In this document: piece by piece, positions 35,748 to 43,337 of the stretch
Layout: every line of letters begins with the position of its first letter
How positions within the stretch are numbered: position 1 is the stretch's first letter
DNA from: a virus
Direction: 5' to 3' (one strand)
Virus record (IMG/VR): IMGVR_UViG_3300045988_142367
Length of the DNA: 43,711 bases
The notes under the pieces: generated by a model
What the model was told of the DNA's origin: nothing
Databases searched by the model: none
Seen by the model: the letters and a program-made list of their open reading frames with translations, nothing else
Program-made: the position numbers and the translations under genes

Positions 35748-36059
35748 TTACTTTTTCTTTTTTCCGAAAACGGCCTCGACCTCCTCGTCGGTGTCCGGAT
35801 CGCGTCTGATCCGGCGGTAGTCGGGACTGAAAGTGATACTGACAAGGCGTTCCTGATGACAGACGCAGATCAGGCCGATGACAGCCTCGTAGTCACGTGG
35901 GGAGACCTGAACGAGATAATCCACCCATTCCAGAAGAGGGAGGCTCCGCAGCCACTTCACATACGCCCGCCGCCTGGCCGCAATCACATTGGCGTACCTG
36001 TTCCGGAACGCCTCCTCCTGCTTCCTTGAATACAGAACATATCTCCTCAGGTCCTCCAT
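35748..36059 (-). CDS. Hypothetical protein
   Basis: ORF 35748..36071. ATG at 36059 (MEDLRRYVLYS...) overlaps the primase TGA by 1 nt, suggesting translational coupling. Confidence 0.55.
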   Translation of the reverse strand: MEDLRRYVLYSRKQEEAFRNRYANVIAARRRAYVKWLRSLPLLEWVDYLVQVSPRDYEAVIGLICVCHQERLVSITFSPDYRRIRRDPDTDEEVEAVFGKKKK

Positions 36060-39000
36060 CACTCCTCCCAAAGTTCGGCATCAACCGCTTCGGCTGGCTC
36101 GGTGACCGGTGGGGGAGTGCTGGCCGCCGCGCGGTTGTCCCCGATCTCCAACGTGTCGGTGGAGATGTCAAGGTCAATGCCGTAGTTGACCTTGAGCGCG
36201 TCATAGTCAAAGACCATCGCCGTGGTGACGCGGCTCTTGCCGGTCTCCGGATTGCTCGACACGTAGGTCTTGTTCTCCAGCAGCTTGAACCGCATCGACT
36301 TGGCCGTACCTATGAACTCCGGTGAATGCTCAAGATAGTACTTCAGCGAATCCCTCGGGATCACCTTGCCGTTCACGTCCTTGCCCTCCTTCATATAGAG
36401 AGCCGAAAGCCGCTGGAAAGCCAGATAGATGTACCGCACTCCGTGCTTCGGCTCGAACGGAACATCCGACTCCTTGATGGCGAACGGACGGTCCCCGGCG
36501 CAAAGCTTATAGTCGATGTTGATGTACGCCTGTCCGGATGCCACCAGATTCTCCACAATCTCCCAGAAGCCTGAAAGCTCGTTGTTCTGCTTAGTCTTCT
36601 GGTTCTGATCCACACAACCCTTGCAGCAAAGCCTGAATATCTCCTCGCTGTCAAACGGCACATCGATGTCCGTCCTCAAAGCCCGGTAGGCCGCCAGCAG
36701 GATAGCCCAGTTCCTCAGTGTCCTGTCCTCGACATTGTACGAACGCACCCTGTCATTCATGTCCGACAAAGTCTCATCCCAAACCCTTCTGAAATCCGTC
36801 TGGAACTTGGAGCGCAACTGCAACAACTGGTTCGTCAGATGCGTAAGCCCTCGCTTCTCGATAAGCTTCAGATTCTCGTAGTTCCTCTTCTCCTGGTCGC
36901 TGAACGTTGTCTTGCTGAATGTCAGGAACACAAGCCGGTTGAACAGAGCGATGTCGGCGGTCGGCATCTCCTGACCGCTCATCACAACCCCGCAGTCCAC
37001 AGCCGTGGTCTCGCGCCTCTTGTCGTTGTCCATATTCATCCTCGAACGCCCCGCGCCGTCCCATATTCCTTTAAGGAACTCCCGCTTCTCCAGATCAAGG
37101 TTGTTCTTATATTCATCGAGATGCACCACCGCGTTGCTCACCTCCGCCACCGCCTCGGCAAGAGCCGCCTTGGTCGTGTTGTTGATGTTCGGCGCGATGT
37201 TGCCCGTCACGAAGAAGGAAGTCAGCGAATGACCCAGCTCCGACTTTCCCGTGCCCTTCGGGCCGAACAGATCCAGAATGGGGAACGATGTTGTCACCGA
37301 TGTCACAACGTCCTTGAACAACGACGCGAACAGGAAGCAAAGCGCCACCTTGGCGTTGTCCCCGAACACGGTGATGAGTTTCTCTGAATATTCCCGCAGC
37401 GTGATGGTGTTAGCCTCCGTATAGACAAATTTCCTTGCCAGCTGGTAGCCTTGGGTGTTGTCCCTTGTGTCCAGCGCGCAACCAGGAAGATAGAACTTCT
37501 GACCCTTGATGTCGATGATTCCGTACTTGTCCACCGGCTTGAACGTGCCGTTGTCAAGGCCGCCGTTGCCCCAGGCATAGAAGCCCCACTTCTTCTGCCA
37601 ACCCAGCTGCTTGATCTCATCAGCCGAAGGCGTGCCGTCATAGAGGAACTTCTTCAGTGAGGTAAGCTCGTTGGCCGTTGCCTCCCAGACATAGTTCCCG
37701 GCCGTCTCGACCCTCGTTTTGAAATCCGTGAACGACACGAGCTCGCTCTGGTTCAGCTTCACCACCGCCTCCTGCATCTTGACGTTCCGCAGCGTGAAGA
37801 TTCTCCTTGCGTTCTTCTCGTCCCGGATGTGCAGGATCGGAGTCATCGTGAAGTTGCTCCACCTCACATCGTTCCCGGATCTTGAAGCCCCATAGTAGCA
37901 GTTGTTCTTGACGTAGAAGCCATAGTTCTGGAGCATCTCCTTGGTTCCGTCCTCTTTCGCCTCCGCCCGCTCCTGATCATTCTTGGCCTTGAAATATTCC
38001 TGGTTCCAGATCTTGCCGAACTTGTAGGTCTTCGTGAAGGTCTCCCTGTACATATCCGCCGAACTCTGGTCCGGCACCTTGGCCAGCAGCTTGCAGACCT
38101 CGGTGATCACGGCGGCCTTCTCCGTCTGCGAAGCGGCTGCTTCCATCCATCTCTTGCAGATCCAAGGAATATAATCGTTCGTCCTCTGGAGGTTGCATTC
38201 GTCAAATTCGTGCTGATGTGTCCGGAAGAACTCATCAGCATCCTTGCCAAGCTCCGGCGGCAACTCCATCACACTGACCGAAAGCCCCGCCTCCGTCATC
38301 AGCTTGGCGTTCTTCTGGACCGCCTCGATACCGGCCTCGTCTGTGTCCCCGATGATCGTGACCCTTTCGGCCCTGGATTTCAGCAGGTCGATCTGGTCCT
38401 GAGTCAAAGCCGTTCCGCACGGAGCCACGGCATTCTTCACCCCGATTTCGTGCAACCGGCATACGTCCAGATTGCCCTCGACAAGGTAAGCCTGCTTCGT
38501 GGCGTAGATCTGCATATTCGCCTGGAGCCACCCGAAAAGGATTCCCTTCTTCTTGTACAGTTCAGTCTCCCCGGTGTTCAGGTACTTGGGAACGCCCGGC
38601 TTGTCACCGATGTACCGTCCGGAAAAACCCGCTATGTAGCCGCTTGTCCAGAACACCGGAAACATTATCCTGTGCCTGAACGAGTCATAGACCTGCCCGG
38701 TGTTCTCGTTCCTCTTGACCAGTCCTGCCGCAAGCAGCACGTCCTCCTTCCATCCAAGTCCCGTCAGGTACTGTTTCAGGCCTCCTTTCTCTGGAGCGTA
38801 GCCGATGCAGAACAGCTCGGCGGTCTCGGCTTTGATCCCGCGCTTCTTCAGGACATATTCCTTGGCTCCAGGTGATTCCTTATACCGTTGGATGAACCAC
38901 TCGGAGGCCAGCTTGTTCACCGTCATCAGTTGCGACCGTCGGAACTCCGCCGCCTTCTCCTCCGGTGTAGGCTCCTTCTTCTCGTAGTCGATTCCCAACC

Positions 39001-39265
39001 GTCCGGCAAGATGCTCCACCGCCTCGTAGAACGTCATCCCGCGCCTCTCCATTACAAAGCTGATGGCGTCGCCGGTACGTCCGCACCCGAAGCAGTGGTA
39101 CATATTCCTCGATGGTGTCACCACGAACGAAGGAGTCTTCTCCCCGTGGAAAGGGCAACAGCATTTGTAGTGGCTGCCTTCTCGCTTGAGCTCCACGCCC
39201 TCGTCCTGGATGATCGAGACGATGTCCCGCTCCTTGATCTGGTTTTTTACATAGTCGGGGATCAT
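36059..39265 (-). CDS. Bifunctional DNA primase (CHC2 zinc finger + TOPRIM) with a C-terminal P-loop helicase/NTPase domain
   Basis: CCCPFHGEKTPSFVVTPSRNMYHCFGCGRTGDAISF is the DnaG zinc finger. LVEGNLDV...IIGDTDEAG is TOPRIM. LFGPKGTGKSELG is a Walker A motif. Confidence 0.9.
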   Translation of the reverse strand: MIPDYVKNQIKERDIVSIIQDEGVELKREGSHYKCCCPFHGEKTPSFVVTPSRNMYHCFGCGRTGDAISFVMERRGMTFYEAVEHLAGRLGIDYEKKEPTPEEKAAEFRRSQLMTVNKLASEWFIQRYKESPGAKEYVLKKRGIKAETAELFCIGYAPEKGGLKQYLTGLGWKEDVLLAAGLVKRNENTGQVYDSFRHRIMFPVFWTSGYIAGFSGRYIGDKPGVPKYLNTGETELYKKKGILFGWLQANMQIYATKQAYLVEGNLDVCRLHEIGVKNAVAPCGTALTQDQIDLLKSRAERVTIIGDTDEAGIEAVQKNAKLMTEAGLSVSVMELPPELGKDADEFFRTHQHEFDECNLQRTNDYIPWICKRWMEAAASQTEKAAVITEVCKLLAKVPDQSSADMYRETFTKTYKFGKIWNQEYFKAKNDQERAEAKEDGTKEMLQNYGFYVKNNCYYGASRSGNDVRWSNFTMTPILHIRDEKNARRIFTLRNVKMQEAVVKLNQSELVSFTDFKTRVETAGNYVWEATANELTSLKKFLYDGTPSADEIKQLGWQKKWGFYAWGNGGLDNGTFKPVDKYGIIDIKGQKFYLPGCALDTRDNTQGYQLARKFVYTEANTITLREYSEKLITVFGDNAKVALCFLFASLFKDVVTSVTTSFPILDLFGPKGTGKSELGHSLTSFFVTGNIAPNINNTTKAALAEAVAEVSNAVVHLDEYKNNLDLEKREFLKGIWDGAGRSRMNMDNDKRRETTAVDCGVVMSGQEMPTADIALFNRLVFLTFSKTTFSDQEKRNYENLKLIEKRGLTHLTNQLLQLRSKFQTDFRRVWDETLSDMNDRVRSYNVEDRTLRNWAILLAAYRALRTDIDVPFDSEEIFRLCCKGCVDQNQKTKQNNELSGFWEIVENLVASGQAYINIDYKLCAGDRPFAIKESDVPFEPKHGVRYIYLAFQRLSALYMKEGKDVNGKVIPRDSLKYYLEHSPEFIGTAKSMRFKLLENKTYVSSNPETGKSRVTTAMVFDYDALKVNYGIDLDISTDTLEIGDNRAAASTPPPVTEPAEAVDAELWEE

Positions 39266-39579
39266 AAGTCAAATAAATCTATGGCCTGGCCATTGTCCGC
39301 ACTCTCGAATATCCTTTTGCAGGAATCATCGTTCACTCTCTCGTTAGCCTGGTCTATCTCGAAAATCAGCTTCCTTGCGATGCCGATGTTCTGCTCAAGA
39401 TGGCATTTGCGCTGGATCTCCCAAGTCTGCATCCGTGCCGGTTCAAGCCCTGCGAACTCCATCAACTGGACTTCCCAAAGCTGCACGGCCATCTGGCACG
39501 CCCCGCGCAGTGCCGACCATTCCGGCCTGTCCATCTCGAACACCGAGATCAGGCCTCTTGAATCCTTGTCGGCGTACAT
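39262..39579 (-). CDS. Hypothetical early protein
   Basis: 105-aa ORF; ATGA overlap with the primase start. Confidence 0.55.
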   Translation of the reverse strand: MYADKDSRGLISVFEMDRPEWSALRGACQMAVQLWEVQLMEFAGLEPARMQTWEIQRKCHLEQNIGIARKLIFEIDQANERVNDDSCKRIFESADNGQAIDLFDL

Positions 39580-39582
39580 AGC

Positions 39583-39801
39583 CTACCGCTTTTCAGGAAA
39601 CAACTCCTCCACGGACTCCTCGACCCCGAAGACATCCTTGACGTACTTCCTGATGTTCTCCTGATAGAGCGGCTTAGGCCGCCTCGTCCCGTTGCACCAG
39701 GAATATGCCGTTGGGTACGACACCCCGTCCATCACGATCAACGTCAATAAATCATTCCGCTGTTTAAGGCCCGCGGTCTCCCAAATCTTTTTGATTGCCA
39801 T
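39583..39801 (-). CDS. Small HTH DNA-binding protein (Cro-, excisionase- or regulator-like)
   Basis: 72 aa. LLTLIVMDGVSYPTAYSWCNGTRRP resembles a helix-turn-helix. Confidence 0.55.
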   Translation of the reverse strand: MAIKKIWETAGLKQRNDLLTLIVMDGVSYPTAYSWCNGTRRPKPLYQENIRKYVKDVFGVEESVEELFPEKR

Positions 39802-39822
39802 ATTTAATGAATATTATTGATT

Positions 39823-40773
39823 TCAGTCTAATAGTTTCAGCCCTTTGCTTATGATTTTTATTGCCTCCCTCTTAGAGTCCATACTGGCGTGGGTATAGAT
39901 ATCCAGAGTTGTGGATATATCCGAGTGCCCCAATATTCTCGACACGCTGGCGATGTCCGCTCCACCTCGGATCATATTTGTCGCGAACGAGTGTCTTAGG
40001 CCGTGGAATTTGATTATTCTTACCCCAGCTTTTTTGCAAAGGTTATTAAAGTGATGCCGAAAGGTTCTTGGCTCTGTGCACTTTTCTGTTCCGCTTGCGA
40101 TGTAAAAATTGTCAGGCATTATTCCCCTTACTTTCGCGAGACACTTTGCGAGCTGTGCCGTAATGGGGATGCATCGGTTGCTGGATCTGGTCTTTGGTAT
40201 CCCTTCCCGAACGTATGACTTTTTTTCGCCCGTGCTGCCGAATGTCTTTGGAATATACACTCTTGCAATTGTGCAATCTACAGTGATCGTTTTTTCTTTA
40301 GGGTCAACGTTCCTCCATTTCAGCCCGCAGACCTCCCCGATCCGTAGTCCGGTCATCATTGTGATCAGGATGGCGATTCCCTCGTAGGACGGATGCTCCA
40401 TGATGTATCCAGCAAGGCGTCTCAATTCTTCCGGAGAGTATGTCTCTAGTTCTTTCATTGCGCCTTCTTCGCGAGGATATTGTAAATTGAATTTTGGCAG
40501 GTAGAGATCTAAGCCGTCCAAAAACCATCCCATTATCATTTTGACAAGGACTATAATGTCCTTTATGGATTTTGTGCTAAGTCCGGTTTGATGGAGCCGA
40601 CCTATCATATCCTGAAGATGTCTGGAGCGTATGTTTTTGATTTCCATATTCGCAATCTCATCATTTTTGATATGATTCCTGTACATCAAGTCATACGCTG
40701 CCAGCGTCGAGTCTCTGACCATATACTCCTTGTTTTTGAACCAATGCTCGTATTCTTCGTTAATTGTGCTCAT
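39823..40773 (-). CDS. Second tyrosine recombinase (short XerC/D-like site-specific integrase)
   Basis: TGLRIGEVCGLKW (Arg box), FHGLRHSFATNMI and LGHSDISTTLDIYTH (His/Tyr box). Confidence 0.9.
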   Translation of the reverse strand: MSTINEEYEHWFKNKEYMVRDSTLAAYDLMYRNHIKNDEIANMEIKNIRSRHLQDMIGRLHQTGLSTKSIKDIIVLVKMIMGWFLDGLDLYLPKFNLQYPREEGAMKELETYSPEELRRLAGYIMEHPSYEGIAILITMMTGLRIGEVCGLKWRNVDPKEKTITVDCTIARVYIPKTFGSTGEKKSYVREGIPKTRSSNRCIPITAQLAKCLAKVRGIMPDNFYIASGTEKCTEPRTFRHHFNNLCKKAGVRIIKFHGLRHSFATNMIRGGADIASVSRILGHSDISTTLDIYTHASMDSKREAIKIISKGLKLLD

Positions 40774-40775
40774 AA

Positions 40776-41336
40776 CTATGATAATTTGAATATTTCCGAA
40801 AATCCAAGCGCGTCATTCCGCTTGTTGATCAGCCGGTAATGCGCTATAACCCGCTGCTCCAGAACATCCCCGTGATAGACATCCCCAACCATTCCCCTGA
40901 CCGACAAGTTGAAAAGGAGTATCGGTATCGATCTGTCCGAAAGTTCCCAACACTCGACCGGATTGTCGTTCGGGTAATAGTCGAACGGAATCCGCTTTCG
41001 GCATAGTTCCCACCATTTGGCTATGATCATCGAGCCGTTTCCGGCGGTCGGCTCCAGAATCCCTTGTCTGCGTGCACCGTTGTCGGTGATCATCGCAGCC
41101 AGCTGCGAAGCGGCCGCCGGAGTAAAGTCCTGCTTTTTCTGACCGCGCTCGCTTAGCTCCGCTTCGTAGATGGGTTGGAACCATTCCCTGTCCATCGCGA
41201 AGTCATTCGCCTCAAGCATTGCCCTGTAGAACTTCTGTCTGTTGACTGGATCCCCGAACAGAACCGTCATCAAAGCCTCCGGAATCAGCCTCGTGTCATT
41301 TATTCCAAGTGTTGTCAAAAGAAACTCTTTAGTCAT
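40776..41336 (-). CDS. N6-adenine DNA methyltransferase-like protein containing only the N-terminal SAM-binding half; no (D/N)PP(Y/F) motif
   Basis: QDFTPAAASQLAAMI (motif X-like), ILEPTAGNGSM (motif I) and ELSDRSIPILLFNLSVRGMVGDVYHGDVL (motifs II/III-like). The ORF stops 2 nt before the recombinase ATG. Confidence 0.6.
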   Translation of the reverse strand: MTKEFLLTTLGINDTRLIPEALMTVLFGDPVNRQKFYRAMLEANDFAMDREWFQPIYEAELSERGQKKQDFTPAAASQLAAMITDNGARRQGILEPTAGNGSMIIAKWWELCRKRIPFDYYPNDNPVECWELSDRSIPILLFNLSVRGMVGDVYHGDVLEQRVIAHYRLINKRNDALGFSEIFKLS

Positions 41337-41400
41337 TGAAAATCAACAAAATAAATTGAAAATATCTTGAAAAATAATTGTGTAATTCAAAATAAATGCG

Positions 41401-41408
41401 TACCTTTG
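41401..41408 (+). promoter_or_regulatory. Bacteroidetes-type -7 promoter box TACCTTTG (TAnnTTTG), with TTG 20 nt upstream
   Basis: Exact match to the TAnnTTTG consensus. It lies in the only sizeable plus-strand intergenic region upstream of the RHH-like gene. Confidence 0.5.
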
Positions 41409-41629
41409 TATTGCGGTTCAGGGAGAACCGCGAAAGAGGAATCTGAAACGCTTGAAAGGGAGTAAGAAAAACAGCCAAACTTCTGAAAATATGAGAGTCG
41501 AAGTTCTTAAAATCAGAATTTGGAAAATAGTGATAACACTTGTAGAGGTTACACTTTAGTTTTCCGAGGGAGGGGATCCGAAACATCCCCTCTCGTTTGG
41601 CTGTCTTCCGCAAATTTAACACATTTTGT

Positions 41630-41848
41630 ATGCAAAACAAAAATCTGTCATCTTCACAAACTCCTTCCGAGTCCGCGTCCTGGGGCGGTGCCCGTTCCGG
41701 TGCCGGCCGCAAGTCCAAGCCCCACGGAAAGTCCTACACCTTCCAGTCCACCCCCGAGGTTGACGCGTTCCTCTCTTCCTATCAGGGCAACAAGACTGAG
41801 TTCATCAACCGAGCTATCCTGACCCTTGCGGGCAAATCCTCCGACTGA
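41630..41848 (+). CDS. Small DNA-binding protein, ribbon-helix-helix-like
   Basis: ORF 41597..41848 with ATG at 41630 preferred: MQNKNLSSSQTPSESASWGGARSGAGRKSKPHGKSYTFQSTPEVDAFLSSYQGNKTEFINRAILTLAG. GGxRxGAGRK followed by a beta-alpha-alpha pattern. Confidence 0.6.
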   Translation: MQNKNLSSSQTPSESASWGGARSGAGRKSKPHGKSYTFQSTPEVDAFLSSYQGNKTEFINRAILTLAGKSSD

Positions 41849-42042
41849 TCATCAGTTCCAGTTGTGTGTCTTATCTGCTTTTCAAGCAATTCACCGCAGT
41901 GTCTGGCCGCGGTGAATTTTTGTATCCGCTGCACTCTGTACCTCTTGCCTTCTCCTGTCTTCGTCACCGCTGGTGATTTGATTATCCGGTTGACCGTCTT
42001 CCGCGCCAACCTGTTCTGAATCTTTCGTGCTATTGAACTCAT
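41782..42042 (-). CDS. Doubtful 86-aa basic ORF downstream of the structured region
   Basis: MSSIARKIQNRLARKTVNRIIKSPAVTKTGEGKRYRV... It converges on the RHH gene and overlaps it by 67 nt. It also contains that gene's terminator, so coding status is uncertain. Confidence 0.3.
   Translation of the reverse strand: MSSIARKIQNRLARKTVNRIIKSPAVTKTGEGKRYRVQRIQKFTAARHCGELLEKQIRHTTGTDDQSEDLPARVRIARLMNSVLLP
41888..41923 (+). terminator. Rho-independent terminator of the RHH-like gene
   Basis: AATTCACCGC (41888-41897) pairs with GCGGTGAATT (41909-41918), and the pairing runs into a T tract. Confidence 0.7.
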
Positions 42043-42060
42043 AATATTACTGATTAACCA

Positions 42061-42486
42061 ATTTCGCCCCCGGGAACGGAATCGAACCGCTCACATCGCG
42101 CGACGCTTTCGGAGCAGACCCCGCCCTCCTGGGCTTTACATCCTACGCAAGTCTGCCTACGTGCCGGCAGGGACCCATATCCTGCCCTTTCCGGGGAATT
42201 GCCGGTCTTTCCCGGCTGTCAAACTTACTTAACTCAACACTATCTAAACATACGGTCTCTCACCGCCCGACGCTCCTTAACGCCGTAATTGAATTGATAA
42301 AACTGAGATCCCGCGCCGGACTCGAACCGGTAATGACTAAAACTTATGATTTTCGACAAAAAAGGTTATTTGTGCCTACTCGCTTTTAAGTCGCTCCCCA
42401 CGGAGCATCGCGGAATTGTTCACGCCTCACGGCGCTACGTGATGGCGGCTTCCTAGGGCCGTTGAATATAGATTTGCCAAGACCTA
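42061..42486 (-). ncRNA. Candidate structured non-coding RNA or tRNA-mimic region (unclassified)
   Basis: No ORF of 60 aa or more on either strand across 42043-42577. T-arm look-alikes ACCGG-TTCGAGT-CCGGC (42315-42331) and AGCGG-TTCGATT-CCGTT (42075-42091). Hairpins at 42201-42216, 42167-42186 and 42393-42406. Confidence 0.4.
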
Positions 42487-42576
42487 TTACTTATCGTCAT
42501 CCTCCTTGAACGCCCACCAGTACAGCGCAACCACACCGACCAGCATCACTCCTTCCACTATGTAATGAACCAACAT
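42487..42576 (-). CDS. 29-aa hydrophobic peptide ORF coupled to the upstream gene
   Basis: My translation: MLVHYIVEGVMLVGVVALYWWAFKEDDDK. Its ATG lies 1 nt after the TGA of the 42578..42874 gene. Confidence 0.35.
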   Translation of the reverse strand: MLVHYIVEGVMLVGVVALYWWAFKEDDDK

Positions 42577-42577
42577 A

Positions 42578-42874
42578 TCAGACCACGTCCTCCTCAAGCG
42601 TCACCATAATGAATTTCACAAGCTCATCCCAGTTCCACTTCCCGGGATCACGCTCCGGCATCCCGCCCTTGTCAAGTCTCCACACACCGGCGGCGCACTC
42701 CCAAGCCGCAAGGCACTGCCCAAGCCTGTCAGCGATGAACTCCCTCGCAAGCGGTCTGATGTCCTCGCCCTCCTGCGCCTTGTTCCAGAGCCTCACCACG
42801 TTCACCCCAGCATCCAGATGGTGCTTTGCCATCAAATCAAGGAACTTGTCCCTGTTGACATCATATTTTTCCAT
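42578..42874 (-). CDS. Hypothetical early protein
   Basis: The track ORF 42578..42892 begins at a TTG. ATG at 42874 (MEKYDVNRDKFLDLMAKHH...) is preferred. Confidence 0.55.
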   Translation of the reverse strand: MEKYDVNRDKFLDLMAKHHLDAGVNVVRLWNKAQEGEDIRPLAREFIADRLGQCLAAWECAAGVWRLDKGGMPERDPGKWNWDELVKFIMVTLEEDVV

Positions 42875-42932
42875 ACCCAATGAATATCTCAATTGATACC
42901 ACGCTTTGCGCTATGCGTCACCACCATATCTT

Positions 42933-43202
42933 TCAGCATCCACGCGTCCGGATTGCTTTTCGGACTGAACAGCCACGCCATCGCAGCCTCAAAAGCCTTG
43001 CGCCGGCCGCTAATCTTCGGATCCAATCTCGGCATTCCCCCAAGATGTACGCTATCCCCAGCGTCCCCAGGTGCCACCACGCGAACTCCGCCTTCCCCGC
43101 AACCGCCTGCACAGCGTTCACCATCAACGCCACCGCGACCACCACCGCAAGCACCCTCCAGATGCCCACCGTTGTCCTTTCCATTCGATCTTCTACGCTC
43201 AT
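42933..43202 (-). CDS. Probable small membrane protein; frame and C-terminus ambiguous
   Basis: The 89-aa frame has two TM-like helices (VGIWRVLAVVVAVALMVNAV; WWHLGTLGIAYILG). Its Arg-rich tail overlaps a more protein-like alternative frame (MPRLDPKISGRRKAFEAAMAWLFSPKSNPDAWMLKDMV, 42889..43035). Confidence 0.4.
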   Translation of the reverse strand: MSVEDRMERTTVGIWRVLAVVVAVALMVNAVQAVAGKAEFAWWHLGTLGIAYILGECRDWIRRLAAGARLLRLRWRGCSVRKAIRTRGC

Positions 43203-43287
43203 AACTCATTTGTTTTCTGAATATTTTATTGTTATCTTCGCTCATTTGATGCTGTATTGCATTTGTATTGCGTTTGTGTTTACACTG

Positions 43288-43322
43288 CAAAGGTAAGATA
43301 ATTATCTTAATTAACAAGATAA
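43288..43322. promoter_or_regulatory. Divergent-promoter/operator region: minus-strand TACCTTTG box, 16-bp palindrome and a third half-site
   Basis: CAAAGGTA at 43288-43295 (TACCTTTG on the minus strand). Perfect palindrome TAAGATAATTATCTTA at 43294-43309. AAGATAA again at 43316-43322. Confidence 0.55.
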
Positions 43323-43337
43323 AAATAGAGAAAATTT

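Noticed and set aside
39809-40794. 8-bp TGAATATT on both sides of the second recombinase gene as target-site duplication of a mobile cassette.
   Set aside because: An 8-mer in AT-rich DNA is expected by chance. It is mentioned only as a weak supporting detail.
41548-41590. CRISPR-repeat-like string GTTACACTTTAGTTTTCCGAGGGAGGGGATCCGAAAC (possible solitary repeat or RNA anti-CRISPR).
   Set aside because: There is only one copy in the window and no spacer-repeat periodicity. The GAAAC lies in the loop of an 8-bp hairpin rather than forming a 3' handle, and I do not recognise it as a known repeat family.
41329-41718. 129-aa minus-strand ORF spanning the methyltransferase/RHH intergenic region.
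   Set aside because: It covers the AT-rich promoter and structured leader and overlaps the plus-strand RHH gene start. It has an implausible low-complexity composition (FQIPLSRFSLNRNTKVRIYFELHNYFSRYF).
42075-42331. Two canonical tRNA genes, or a tmRNA, on the minus strand, suggested by GGTTCGAnTCC T-arm motifs.
   Set aside because: No complementary 5' acceptor strand (e.g. [CT]4GGG for the 42075 copy, ATCCCGC-like for the 42315 copy) lies within tRNA distance. No D or anticodon arms could be drawn. There is no tmRNA-type tag ORF or GGGG...ACCA acceptor. The region is kept only as an unclassified RNA or att-mimic candidate.
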